From Candidatus Heimdallarchaeum endolithica (GTDB taxonomy: Archaea > Asgardarchaeota > Heimdallarchaeia > Heimdallarchaeales > Heimdallarchaeaceae), in NCBI GenBank assembly GCA_021513715.1, contig CP084167.1:2112001-2176000 (forward strand): a DNA stretch of 64,000 bases, read 5' to 3'. Position numbers and translations under genes: made by a program. The notes under the pieces are model-generated. The model did no database searches. It had not been told where the DNA came from and saw nothing but the letters and a program-made list of their open reading frames with translations. The first letter of the stretch is position 1. Each line of letters begins with the position of its first letter. Below are positions 39,442-49,661 of this stretch, piece by piece.

Positions 39442-39756
39442 TTATGCAAGTTTGAATAGAATTTTAGGTCTTCCTCTAGTTTTTCTTGGAACTGATTCTT
39501 TTTTGACATATCCTTCATCAATTAAGCGAGCTAGATTATCATAAAGTGTTGTCCTGGGAATATGTGTTAGTTCTACTAATTCGTCTCTTGTTAAAGGACC
39601 TTTTTCAGATAATATGTTAAGTATTAGATCATCTATGCTTATTTTTTTTCTATAATTTTCTGAGTAAACATATAGTCTTCTTCTTCCTACTACAATACCA
39701 TCAAAACTAGTTTTTTCTTTTATTTCTCTTTTTAGCAAACCTTTTTCTTCATTCAT
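39442..39756 (-). CDS. Winged-HTH transcription regulator (TrmB-like)
   Basis: LTRDELVELTHIPRTTLYDNLARL...RGRP. Confidence 0.8.
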   Translation of the reverse strand: MNEEKGLLKREIKEKTSFDGIVVGRRRLYVYSENYRKKISIDDLILNILSEKGPLTRDELVELTHIPRTTLYDNLARLIDEGYVKKESVPRKTRGRPKILFKLA

Positions 39757-39872
39757 AGCATCACTACTTTGAAATATTATATTTTCAATGAATATTTATA
39801 TATCGATAATATCCAGAAAGTATGTTAATATTATTAAGAGATTTTAAAGAATTTAATATTTAAAGCTAAATT

Positions 39873-40226
39873 ATGTCACCGATTGATAATATTCTAGAGC
39901 AGCTAATTGAGGAAAGTAGAGAGTTAGAGAAAAAAATTGCCACACTATCAAGAAAACCATATATTATAGGTTTTATATCTAAAAAATATATAAAATGTGG
40001 AAAAAAAAATTGTAAATGCCAAAAAAACAAAAATTACTACCACGGGCCATATTATTATTTACGTAAAGAACCAGATTACAAGTATAGAACTTATTTAGGA
40101 AAAACAATTCCAGAAAACATTGAAGAAGAGATAAAAACAGGTTTATTACTTAAAGAAGCAATAGAAAGAAAAAGAAAGATAGACCAAACAATAAAAAAGA
40201 TATCTAACCTCCTTGTTAAGAAATAA
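39873..40226 (+). CDS. Small Cys/His-motif protein (DUF6788-like)
   Basis: KCGKKNCKC...HGPYYY motif. Confidence 0.65.
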   Translation: MSPIDNILEQLIEESRELEKKIATLSRKPYIIGFISKKYIKCGKKNCKCQKNKNYYHGPYYYLRKEPDYKYRTYLGKTIPENIEEEIKTGLLLKEAIERKRKIDQTIKKISNLLVKK

Positions 40227-40294
40227 ATAGTTTTTTAACTACTTTGTTTATAACCATTTATAATCTGTTATTATTAACTGTAAATGTGTTATAA

Positions 40295-41158
40295 ATGAGC
40301 GATGTAATTATCAAATTAACTGAAGTTAAAAAAATATTCCAATTATTTTGGGAAGATCTAGTTGTTTTTGAAAATGTAAATTTGGAAATAAAAAGAGATG
40401 AAATTGTTTTATTCTACGGACCTAGTGGAAGCGGAAAAACAACATTATTAAACATAATAACAGGATTAATTGAACCAACTGAAGGAGATGTTGAAATTTG
40501 TGGATTATATTATGATCAAATGAATAAACAAGAGAAAAATGATTTTCGTGCAGAAAACTTTGGTATTGTTTTTCAAGATAATAATCTCATTTCAACATTA
40601 ACAGCCGAAGAAAATTTATTGTTTTTTCAAGAAATGTTAGGAGGAATAGAAAATTCAGATGAAAAAAGAATTGAAAATTGGTTAAAAAAATTTGGTTTAG
40701 AAAACAGGAGAAAAAGTTTTCCTGAACAACTAAGTGGTGGAGAAAAAAAGAGATTAGGAATAATTAGAGCTCTAATCAACAACCCACATATTTTAGTGTT
40801 GGACGAACCTACTGGTAACTTAGATGATGAGACAAGAGATCAAATTTGTGAAATTATTAAAGATATTTTCCAAAAAACAGATATTACAATTGTAATTTCA
40901 TCGCATGATCCTAAACTTAGAAATATTGCATCAAAGATATATAAAATTGAGAAAAAGAAAGTTTCATTAGAAATAGAGTTTCCTGAAAGGAAAAAAGAAG
41001 ATAAAATAATTTATAGACCAATTAAGAGCATAGAAAAATGGGAAAAAATAGAAATAGAAGAAGAATTAGAAAGATATGATATTTTTGAAGAGTTTTTTGA
41101 GCAGGGTATTTATGAAGATAAAGAAAATTATGAAAAAAGGAATGAAAAGACAAAATGA
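40295..41158 (+). CDS. ABC transporter ATP-binding protein (LolD/MacB-type)
   Basis: GPSGSGKTT, LSGGE, LDEPTGNLD, SH. Confidence 0.93.
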   Translation: MSDVIIKLTEVKKIFQLFWEDLVVFENVNLEIKRDEIVLFYGPSGSGKTTLLNIITGLIEPTEGDVEICGLYYDQMNKQEKNDFRAENFGIVFQDNNLISTLTAEENLLFFQEMLGGIENSDEKRIENWLKKFGLENRRKSFPEQLSGGEKKRLGIIRALINNPHILVLDEPTGNLDDETRDQICEIIKDIFQKTDITIVISSHDPKLRNIASKIYKIEKKKVSLEIEFPERKKEDKIIYRPIKSIEKWEKIEIEEELERYDIFEEFFEQGIYEDKENYEKRNEKTK

Positions 41159-42945
41159 TAGGTCAAGTAAAATACTCATGGATTAATTTTAGAAGATCTT
41201 TTACAACTTCATTAACCCAATATGCAAATTTAATTTTATCTTACATTTTAGTTGGAATAAGTATTAATTCTATTTCAATAACTAAAGCAATCTTCGAAGG
41301 AAACGTTTCGTACAGAATACAACAAAGCTACTTGATTTTTAGTATTGTATCTACAATTTTGTCATTATTTTTAGCGATTATAGTAACAAGGAAAACAGTT
41401 AGACAGATATTCAACCACCAAATAAAAGATATTGCATTAATGAAAAATGTAGGATCAAAAACTAAATGGATCTACAGCTATATTCTGTTTTACCATATAC
41501 TTGTTGGAGTAATTTCTTTTGTAATAGGGCTATTTTTAAGTGCTATAATTCTTCTAATCATATTATACATTTTTAAAATGGGTTCATATGGAAATCAGAT
41601 AAAGTTTTTACCTGCATTCTTAATTTGTGGTAGCATAATTTTGTTACACTATTTAGTAACACATAACGAGATACTTAGAATATTAAATGAAAATAATTTA
41701 GAAATTTCTTCAAAAGGATTAAAAAATTATAAAAGCATTTTTGAATTTGATGAATTATTCAAAAAAATAAAGCCTGCTAGAAAGTTTGGATTAAAAGCAT
41801 TTCTTCGTTCAGGAGAGATAAGATCAACTTTCTTTTTCATTTTTCTAATTTCAACAGCATCAATAATATTTCTTTTTTCTACGATAAATATTGGTAATAC
41901 ATTTATGTACAGTTACACAGAGCAATTTGGGAAATATGAATATTTAATCGGTAAAGAAAATGTAGTGAATTTTTTTGAAAATAATATAGGATATAGTGAA
42001 TATAATTATAGTGATTTATTCACAGAGAAAAGCAGTTTAAATTCTGATTTTATAAATAACCTTAAAGAAAATAATGTTGTTTATGATATAATATTTCTGA
42101 ACAAAAGAAAAGTTAGTGAAATTAATGTCACGATACCAGATACAGTAAATTTAGAACAGTATAAAACTGTAGGTAAAGAAAGGAGTCTAAATATTACCAT
42201 TATTGGATATATAAATGAAACAATATTCTTGGATCGATTAATCGAAGGTGTAAAGCCAAATATGGAAAAAAATGAGATAGTAATAAGTCAATCAGTAAAC
42301 AAAATGTTGTTAGATGATTATACTTTAGAGTTTTTACAGATAAGAGGGCTAAAAGAGAGATATAGGGTAACAGGAATTGTTAATGAAAATTTTGCTAATG
42401 GGTATACAATATATATTCCTATGAGAAAGTTAAGAGAAAATTTGTTAACAAGTAATGGAAATTGTATTCTTATTAAATCTGTGAAAAGTGATATTATTAG
42501 CAAAATATATACTAACGCTGATGAAAGTAATTACCGAGTAGCCGAGATCAAAAAAATCGTTGAGAAAAAGAAAAAAGAACTGTGGAATGTGATTAATTTA
42601 GTAAATTCAATTTATGGTGTTCTTTTTGTAATAACTTTAACAAGATTTTTAGCTTTTGGAATTCTATTGGTAAATGAAAATTCGGACGATATAAAACTAA
42701 TGTATAAGATAGGAATAAAGAAAAAAATACTACGGAATTGTATGTTAAATGATATGAGTCTAAATACTATTCCAGGATTTGTATTAAGCTTTTTATTTGG
42801 TTTAGTTATCATCAAATATTTTATTGTGGAAAATACAGTAACTAAATTATTAGGTATAAAAATCACATTATTGTGCTTGTCAAATTTCCTAATAACATTT
42901 TTAGGAATAATAATTGGTGTAAATGAAATAATAAAAAAACAATAA
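41155..42945 (+). CDS. FtsX/MacB-like ABC permease
   Basis: Multiple TM helices; KDIALMKNVG and DIKLMYKIG motifs; overlaps the ATPase stop. Confidence 0.8.
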   Translation: MIGQVKYSWINFRRSFTTSLTQYANLILSYILVGISINSISITKAIFEGNVSYRIQQSYLIFSIVSTILSLFLAIIVTRKTVRQIFNHQIKDIALMKNVGSKTKWIYSYILFYHILVGVISFVIGLFLSAIILLIILYIFKMGSYGNQIKFLPAFLICGSIILLHYLVTHNEILRILNENNLEISSKGLKNYKSIFEFDELFKKIKPARKFGLKAFLRSGEIRSTFFFIFLISTASIIFLFSTINIGNTFMYSYTEQFGKYEYLIGKENVVNFFENNIGYSEYNYSDLFTEKSSLNSDFINNLKENNVVYDIIFLNKRKVSEINVTIPDTVNLEQYKTVGKERSLNITIIGYINETIFLDRLIEGVKPNMEKNEIVISQSVNKMLLDDYTLEFLQIRGLKERYRVTGIVNENFANGYTIYIPMRKLRENLLTSNGNCILIKSVKSDIISKIYTNADESNYRVAEIKKIVEKKKKELWNVINLVNSIYGVLFVITLTRFLAFGILLVNENSDDIKLMYKIGIKKKILRNCMLNDMSLNTIPGFVLSFLFGLVIIKYFIVENTVTKLLGIKITLLCLSNFLITFLGIIIGVNEIIKKQ

Positions 42946-43224
42946 CTACTTGACGGGAATAAAATCTTTATCAATTATTTTCTTAATTTCATGTTCTGTA
43001 AAATGATTAGAACGAAGACCTTTAACAAAAAGATCTAAACAGGTTTTACAATAAACATGTTTAGTTTTTATGTTGTAAGCCAAAGGAGACATTAAATTAC
43101 TTTTTCCACAAAACGAACAACGATTCTTTATTCCTACATTCAATTCAGAGGCACAATCTTCACAGTATCCGGCTCTCTTAATAGGACGTCCGCATTTTTG
43201 ACAAAAATGAACTCTTGTAACCAT
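42946..43224 (-). CDS. Small zinc-finger protein
   Basis: Four CxxC pairs. Confidence 0.75.
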   Translation of the reverse strand: MVTRVHFCQKCGRPIKRAGYCEDCASELNVGIKNRCSFCGKSNLMSPLAYNIKTKHVYCKTCLDLFVKGLRSNHFTEHEIKKIIDKDFIPVK

Positions 43225-43732
43225 AATCGAAAATATTGATTTTTTTTATTAAACTTATTGGAAGAGCAAAGAAGTTATTTATTGGACAAAAACAATGATA
43301 AAATATAACTCTAAAGCCAAAGTATACAAATCTATAAAAATAGCTTTTAAAGAAGCACAGACTCCCGTACACGTCAACTGGAACTTTATATGAAGCATAC
43401 CTGATTTTATTTAACTATTATAATAAAGGTACATACCCTCCCACAATTTAGCAATATTCTATATATATAAACTTTTTGAAAATCATATTCTTACCTTTTG
43501 AATAAATTATTGATTTTCGAATAGAAATAAACGGGTATCTTTACATCTTTTAAAATATTTTATAAACTACTTAGTTTTTTTTAATCTTCATTGATCCTTG
43601 CTAATATCTTAACTTAAAAGTCGAAAATGACAATAATTCATTTTGTAATACCACACGAAGGTACTATTGGTAATATGTAGTTTTATAAATGAATATGTGC
43701 TATATAATAATAGAATTGCTAAGTGAGTTCTA

Positions 43733-44179
43733 ATGGGTAAGGAAATAACAATTAAACTTCCTGATGGTACTATTATTAGCGTACCAGAGGGATCCAGTAC
43801 TGAGACCATTAGAACTATTATTTCTTTAGTAACAGGAAAAGGTGAAACACTAGATATAGAAGAGGAAGTTACTAAAATAAATACGCAAAACGAACTTCTA
43901 AGTGCTTCAAAGAAAGAAAGAATAGCTTCAATTGTGAGGAATCACTACCCTGAAAATGATTGGTTTACATCTAACGATATTGAAATACTTTATTCAAAGA
44001 TCTTTAATGAAGGTATAAGGTTAAGTACTGTAAGTACTACTTTATCCAGAATGGCTGATGAAGGTTTACTTACAAGGCGTGGTAATGTTTCACAGCGTTA
44101 TTACGCTGTGACTAAAAAATTGTTAAATGCTTATGGAGAACTGGATATTCATTCAATTCCTGATTTAATTTCTAAGTAA
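43733..44179 (+). CDS. Winged-HTH protein
   Basis: WFTSNDI...LSTVSTTLSRMADEGLLTRRG. Confidence 0.75.
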   Translation: MGKEITIKLPDGTIISVPEGSSTETIRTIISLVTGKGETLDIEEEVTKINTQNELLSASKKERIASIVRNHYPENDWFTSNDIEILYSKIFNEGIRLSTVSTTLSRMADEGLLTRRGNVSQRYYAVTKKLLNAYGELDIHSIPDLISK

Positions 44180-44752
44180 AGTTTTAGTTTATTTATAATT
44201 TATTTTTAATATTTATCTACTTTTTCTCGCTGAAAACTCAATTTTTTGTTTATTATATCTTACCACATAAATAAATATTGTGTGGTAAGATAGTTCCTTT
44301 TTGTGATAGCAGCAAAAACACACTTTTATTTTTGTTTTATATTGATTCTATTTGTAGACCCTTTTGTTATTATCCTCTCTATCACTATCACTATCACTAT
44401 CACATTATGACTATCAAAAACAATTATTCTCAATTTTTTTATAGATCTATCCCAAGAGCAATATTAGATTACAAATTTTTTGTAAAAAAATCAAGTTAAT
44501 ACTCTTAGATTGATCATTTTTGTTTTAATGTTCTCTTTTATATGTTTGAATTCTATTTTTTTTATTAATTTTTCAGATGTTTATTTGTGTTCCTAAATTC
44601 AAATTTTGAACATTATCTAAAACTATATAAAATAAACATCAGACAGCAGTAACAATTATACTCTACAAAATATATGTAATAAATAAGCTGAATCTAAAAC
44701 TATATAAAACACAAAGTGGAGTATACTAAAATTATAGTTATTTAAAAGATAA

Positions 44753-45649
44753 GTGGTTAAAATGACTGCAAAAAGCGTTGCGAAACAAGAGAAGACAATT
44801 GATGAGATGATTAGCGAGATACAGGATAAATACAATATTGTTGGTCGTGAAAGAGAACTTAGAAAATGCTTAGCTGCTAAACTAGCTGAAAGACATATTT
44901 TGCTAGAAGGCGATGTAGGTGTAGGAAAAACTACATTAGCTCATGCTATTGCTTCCTATTTTTCACAAAATATTGAGAGAGTGGATGGTGATGAACGTTA
45001 TAGTAGTTCCAAACTAGTAGGCCACTTTGATCCTCCTATGGTAATAGAAAAAGGATATAGTTGGGAATCTTTTGTTACAGGAGCATTAACAAAAGCTATG
45101 CAAGATGGAGCTATACTTTTTCTTAACGAGCTTAATCGTATGCCTGAAGGCACTCAGAATGTTCTATTAGCTGCAATGGACGAGGGTACTATTATTTTAC
45201 CTAAATTAGGTGAAGTGAAAGCTAAAGATGGATTCTTTATAATAAGTGCTATGAATCCAGCAGAACTTGTAGCCACAACTCCATTAAGTGAGGCTTTAAG
45301 AGATAGATTTGTTTGGGTTCGTTTAAATTATCAATCAGAAGAAGAAGAAGAAAATATTGTTCGTGTAAAAACAGGAATAAAAGATGATAAAATTGTCAAA
45401 ATTGCGGTAAAAATTGTTAGAAAAACAAGAGATTGGCCTGACTTACGGAGAGGTTCCTCAATTCGTGGTGCAATAGATTTAGCTTCAATAATTAGATTCT
45501 TAGACCCTAATGATATTGATTCTTGGATTGATAGTAGTATTATGGCTTTAGCTACTAAAATAGAATTAGAAGATGGGGTAGAAAGTCAAGTAGAAGATGT
45601 AATAAAAGAAATTGTAAATAAGGTGTTTGAAGAAGAGGATTTTTTCTAA
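44753..45649 (+). CDS. MoxR-family AAA+ ATPase
   Basis: LLEGDVGVGKT, LFLNELNR, AMNP, LSEALRDRF. Confidence 0.92.
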   Translation: MVKMTAKSVAKQEKTIDEMISEIQDKYNIVGRERELRKCLAAKLAERHILLEGDVGVGKTTLAHAIASYFSQNIERVDGDERYSSSKLVGHFDPPMVIEKGYSWESFVTGALTKAMQDGAILFLNELNRMPEGTQNVLLAAMDEGTIILPKLGEVKAKDGFFIISAMNPAELVATTPLSEALRDRFVWVRLNYQSEEEEENIVRVKTGIKDDKIVKIAVKIVRKTRDWPDLRRGSSIRGAIDLASIIRFLDPNDIDSWIDSSIMALATKIELEDGVESQVEDVIKEIVNKVFEEEDFF

Positions 45650-45705
45650 CAGAGGGGAGGGACATAAGTTTTGATCTTCAAAAGCCTTACGTTTACAGAG
45701 GACGA

Positions 45706-46725
45706 ATGGACAAAAATAAACTACTTGAAGCAGAAATAGTCTCAGGAAAAAGAAATCCCTCTGTGTACTCTAGCCTTTCAGACGGTATGAGTTTCTATGA
45801 GATAAAAAAACAGACAGAGTTAGCTATTGATGTAAATAATATGCCTGCTATTCAAGGATTAGCTATATCAAACAAATTTGCTGTAGCAGAAGCTTTAAAC
45901 TCAAAAAAAGGTTACACCCTTTTAGCTCGAAGAGCAGCAAAAGGAGACAGTAGTGCTCCAGAATTGTTTTTTATGTTACGGACTGCAATAGACGATAAAA
46001 TGAGACCTATTTTCCGAAGATTGGCTAGACAAGTTATCTTGAAAACAGCCTATGGCATAACTGGTCAAGGTATCCGAGGTGAGGTTTTTGAACAAACAGA
46101 ATTTGAGCCAGGTTTAGACGAATTTGATATTGATGAAACCTTGGAGCGCTTTTTACAAAATCGAAGTAGAGTATTGCATAAGGAAGATATTGTAACTTTA
46201 GAACGCAAAGAACGGTTAAAAACAGCTGTATTGATTTTTGATACTTCTGGTTCTTTGTATGGAGAAAAGTTTACAACTGCAGCTCTTGCAGTAGCAGTTA
46301 TGGCTTATAACTTAGCAAGAGATAATTTTAGTGTAGTATTATTTAATACAAAAGCAACTGTTATTAAAAGAATGAAAGAAAGAGTAAGAACTGACGAATT
46401 GGTAAATAGAATATTAGAAAGTGAAAGTGCTGGATATACTAATATTGCTGAAGGTCTGAAATACGGCGGTCTCGAATTAGAGAAAATAAAAAGAAAAAAT
46501 AAATTTGGTATTTTGATAACTGATGGTGCATTTAATAGAGGAGGAGACCCACGAAAATATTTAATGTATTATCCTAAATTACATGTTATAGCACTTCCAT
46601 CAAAGCATGATTGGGGTACTAGGTTGTGTAAAGATCTTGCGAGGTTAGGACGAGGAAAATTTGCTGAAATAAAAAGTTATAATTCTTTACCTAGAGTATT
46701 GATGAGACTATTAAAACAGGTATAA
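45706..46725 (+). CDS. VWA (MIDAS) domain protein, CoxE-like partner of MoxR
   Basis: DIDETL, MIDAS DTSGS, TNIAEGL, LITDG. Confidence 0.88.
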   Translation: MDKNKLLEAEIVSGKRNPSVYSSLSDGMSFYEIKKQTELAIDVNNMPAIQGLAISNKFAVAEALNSKKGYTLLARRAAKGDSSAPELFFMLRTAIDDKMRPIFRRLARQVILKTAYGITGQGIRGEVFEQTEFEPGLDEFDIDETLERFLQNRSRVLHKEDIVTLERKERLKTAVLIFDTSGSLYGEKFTTAALAVAVMAYNLARDNFSVVLFNTKATVIKRMKERVRTDELVNRILESESAGYTNIAEGLKYGGLELEKIKRKNKFGILITDGAFNRGGDPRKYLMYYPKLHVIALPSKHDWGTRLCKDLARLGRGKFAEIKSYNSLPRVLMRLLKQV

Positions 46726-46729
46726 TGCG

Positions 46730-48733
46730 ATGCAAGAAAAGAAAAAACAAAAGAAAAAGAAAAATATTCCTTATTTAGGAAAAAATATTCTCTATTTTTG
46801 TGATGATTGTTGTTTACCTATTGTTAAATCTAACATTTGTCCGAGATGTGGAAAGAAAATAAAAAGAGTACCTATTACTCCTCCCTATGATGTTCGTCCT
46901 GCAACAAAGCAAGATATTAAAGAAATATTAAGATTAATAAAACAGAATTTTGGAGTAAGAAAAAAAATATTTTCCTTAAATGATGTTATGTTGCTTAACC
47001 ACGTAGGTTCAGAGGATCAAATGGATGAGATAGTTTATTATGGTAATATTATTGGTATACGAAGATATGATTTAGTTTATAGGCGTTGGACTATTAAATT
47101 AAATGCTTATGGGCTTTTATTGATCGAAAAGGAAATTAAAAAGAATTGGGTAATTGTTGATGATGGAGCAATTAAAAATATCTTAAATGGTTCGAATGCG
47201 CTTATTCCTGGGATTACTTGTGCAGATACTCGTATTAAGAAGGACAATTATATTGCAATATTGGATAAAAATAGAAAAGTAATTGCTGGAGGTATAGCCA
47301 AAATTGATGAAAAGGAAAGGAGAAAACAATTAAGAGGAACATATGCTAAAAATTATATTGCTGTAAAAAATAGAACCTTGAGAAAAATAAAGAAAACAAC
47401 TTGGGAAGAAGTAATTGAAGCAAATTCGAGTATAATTAACGATATTTCGAAAGAATCTATTCACTTTATCAGAAGAATTAAGGATGAATTAAAATTACCA
47501 GTTGCAGTAAGTTTTAGTGGTGGAAAGGATAGCTTGGTCACTTTAGACTTAGCTTTAAAGGCTTTACCTGAAGAAAATTTAAAAATATTTTTTATAGATA
47601 CCGGAATAGAATTTCCACAAACAGTCTCTTATGTTAAAAAATTAAGCAAAAAAATGAATTTTAAAGACAATTTAAAAGTAAAAAAAGTTAAAACAAGAAT
47701 ATTTTGGAATGCTTTTCAGAAATTTGGTCCCCCTGGAAGGGATTATAGGTATTGTTGTAAATTTGCAAAGTTAGCTCCTATTAGAGAGCTAATACTTCAG
47801 AATTATCCTGATGGAAAATGCATAAGTTTAGTTGGTCAACGACGTTATGAGTCTTATGCTCGAGCCACCGCTGATATTTGGCAGAATCATTATATTCCCA
47901 ATCAAATAAATGTCTCTCCCATTCAAAATTGGACTGCATTAGTTATTTGGTTGTATATTTTCCTGAATAAGTTACCTTATAATCCTCTATATGAAAAACA
48001 ATATGAACGAATAGGTTGTTGGGTCTGTCCTTCATCAAATCTTGCACAATTTGATTTATTAAAAAGCAATAACAGGAAATTATATAAAAAATTATCAAGA
48101 GAATTAGAAAAATGGAGGAAAAAAAAGCAATTACCCAAAGAATATATTTCTAGAGGTTTATGGCGTTTTAAACACATTCCCCAAAAAATCAGAAATGTTT
48201 TGACGCTTGACAAAACAGATATCTCTATAATTGAAAAAAGGAAACTGGCTATAGATTTAGAGGAAATTGATATAGAAAAATCAGACTGTCGTATACAACA
48301 AACAACTATACTTGGATCTTTTTCAAGAGTAACTAAGTTCGAAAATCTTCAAAATAATCTTTCAATGGTTGGCAAAGTTGTGAAAAATAATAGTCTAAAT
48401 TTCATACAAATAAAGAAAAGTGACTTTACAGTATTTCTCTATCTTGACGGGACTTTTAAGTTGCGATTAGGCAAGGATAATGAGAAAAAATTAAAAAATT
48501 TTGTAGAAAAATTTGTTTTTTCTGTATTACGAACTGAAGAATGCTTGAATTGTAAATTGTGTTTTGATGAATGCAAAACTCATTCACTATCATTTAATAA
48601 TAATGGTTTTATTGTTGATCCTAGTACTTGCATTCAATGTGGTAAATGTTTTGATGTATGTCCTATCTACACTATAACACATCAAAATACTAAGGAAAAA
48701 ATAAGAAATGTTGTGTCAAAGATTAATTTCTAA
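46730..48733 (+). CDS. PUA + PAPS-reductase-family + 4Fe-4S protein
   Basis: VDDGA PUA motif, SFSGGKDS, RYCC, RIGCWVCP, two C-terminal CxxCxxCxxxC motifs. Confidence 0.88.
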   Translation: MQEKKKQKKKKNIPYLGKNILYFCDDCCLPIVKSNICPRCGKKIKRVPITPPYDVRPATKQDIKEILRLIKQNFGVRKKIFSLNDVMLLNHVGSEDQMDEIVYYGNIIGIRRYDLVYRRWTIKLNAYGLLLIEKEIKKNWVIVDDGAIKNILNGSNALIPGITCADTRIKKDNYIAILDKNRKVIAGGIAKIDEKERRKQLRGTYAKNYIAVKNRTLRKIKKTTWEEVIEANSSIINDISKESIHFIRRIKDELKLPVAVSFSGGKDSLVTLDLALKALPEENLKIFFIDTGIEFPQTVSYVKKLSKKMNFKDNLKVKKVKTRIFWNAFQKFGPPGRDYRYCCKFAKLAPIRELILQNYPDGKCISLVGQRRYESYARATADIWQNHYIPNQINVSPIQNWTALVIWLYIFLNKLPYNPLYEKQYERIGCWVCPSSNLAQFDLLKSNNRKLYKKLSRELEKWRKKKQLPKEYISRGLWRFKHIPQKIRNVLTLDKTDISIIEKRKLAIDLEEIDIEKSDCRIQQTTILGSFSRVTKFENLQNNLSMVGKVVKNNSLNFIQIKKSDFTVFLYLDGTFKLRLGKDNEKKLKNFVEKFVFSVLRTEECLNCKLCFDECKTHSLSFNNNGFIVDPSTCIQCGKCFDVCPIYTITHQNTKEKIRNVVSKINF

Positions 48734-48796
48734 AATACTAAACGCTCAAAAATAACAACATTTTTTTAATAATAGAAAAATTGAACCTTGATAAAT

Positions 48797-49222
48797 ATGC
48801 CAGGTAATCCAAATCGAGAATTTCTGTTAGAATTAAGTGCACTTCTGAATAAACGTGTAAAAATAATTTTAGAATCAGGTAGAGTCTATACTGGAATATT
48901 ACGTGGAATCCAAGATCAATCTTTGAATCTTGTGTTAGGTGATGCTGAGTGTGATAATGTAAAAATATTTAGAGTTTTTATTGCAGGAAAGAGTATTTCA
49001 GAAATTACTTTAGCAGAAGAACCTTTTGATCTTACTGGTCTTGCAAAGGAATTATCCGTTATGTTTCAACCACAGAATGTGAAAGTTATTGAAGAAGCGG
49101 GAATTATTCAAGTATTAGATAGATTCACAGTTTCAGAGGAAGGCGTGAAAGGTACAGGTCCAATTGCAGAAAGAATAAGTAAAATATTAGAAAAATATAA
49201 AGCTGAAAAAAGTAATGTTTAA
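48797..49222 (+). CDS. Lsm/Sm-like protein with C-terminal domain (SmAP3 type)
   Basis: YTGILRG..SLNLVLGDA, VFIAG, EEPFDL. Confidence 0.85.
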   Translation: MPGNPNREFLLELSALLNKRVKIILESGRVYTGILRGIQDQSLNLVLGDAECDNVKIFRVFIAGKSISEITLAEEPFDLTGLAKELSVMFQPQNVKVIEEAGIIQVLDRFTVSEEGVKGTGPIAERISKILEKYKAEKSNV

Positions 49223-49517
49223 TTTTCTCTTTTTTTACAAAACATTTTTGCTTTTTTGTTAATTTTTCATTAGAATTGATAAGTGTAATACCCAGCAGAT
49301 ACAATGTTTTCAAAATTCACATTGATTAGTAGATGAGTGAACATGTATAACCGACAGAATACTTCATAAAGTCAGTATTTTGATTCACAGCCTTTGAGTT
49401 CAAAACATTCACCACTGTTCACAATGTGTGAATCTATCGACTTTTCTTAGACTGCTTGTAATAAAACAATATTTTACTATTATGTTCTATTAATAAATTC
49501 AATAACTGCTTAACTAA

Positions 49518-49538
49518 CCCCTTTATTTCCACTGGAAG
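49518..49538 (-). promoter_or_regulatory. Origin recognition box (ORB)
   Basis: CTTCCAGTGGAAATAAAGGGG matches the archaeal ORB consensus (TCCAGTGGAA dyad plus G-string). Confidence 0.75.
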
Positions 49539-49661
49539 ATGAATAACCCAGATTTTTCATTCACATGTTCACAACTATTCACAAAAAAAGTTGAATATTA
49601 AATTAAAAAAAAAATTTCCAATGAAAAAAACTAAAAGTCATTTACAAATAAACTATTTGTA

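Noticed and set aside
43372-43385. Mini-ORB-like GTTCCAGTTGA on the minus strand
   Set aside because: Single partial match with no G-string.
44379-44403. (CTATCA)4 tandem repeat and ORF 44278-44499
   Set aside because: Short slippage repeat in an AT-rich intergenic region; the ORF looks spurious.
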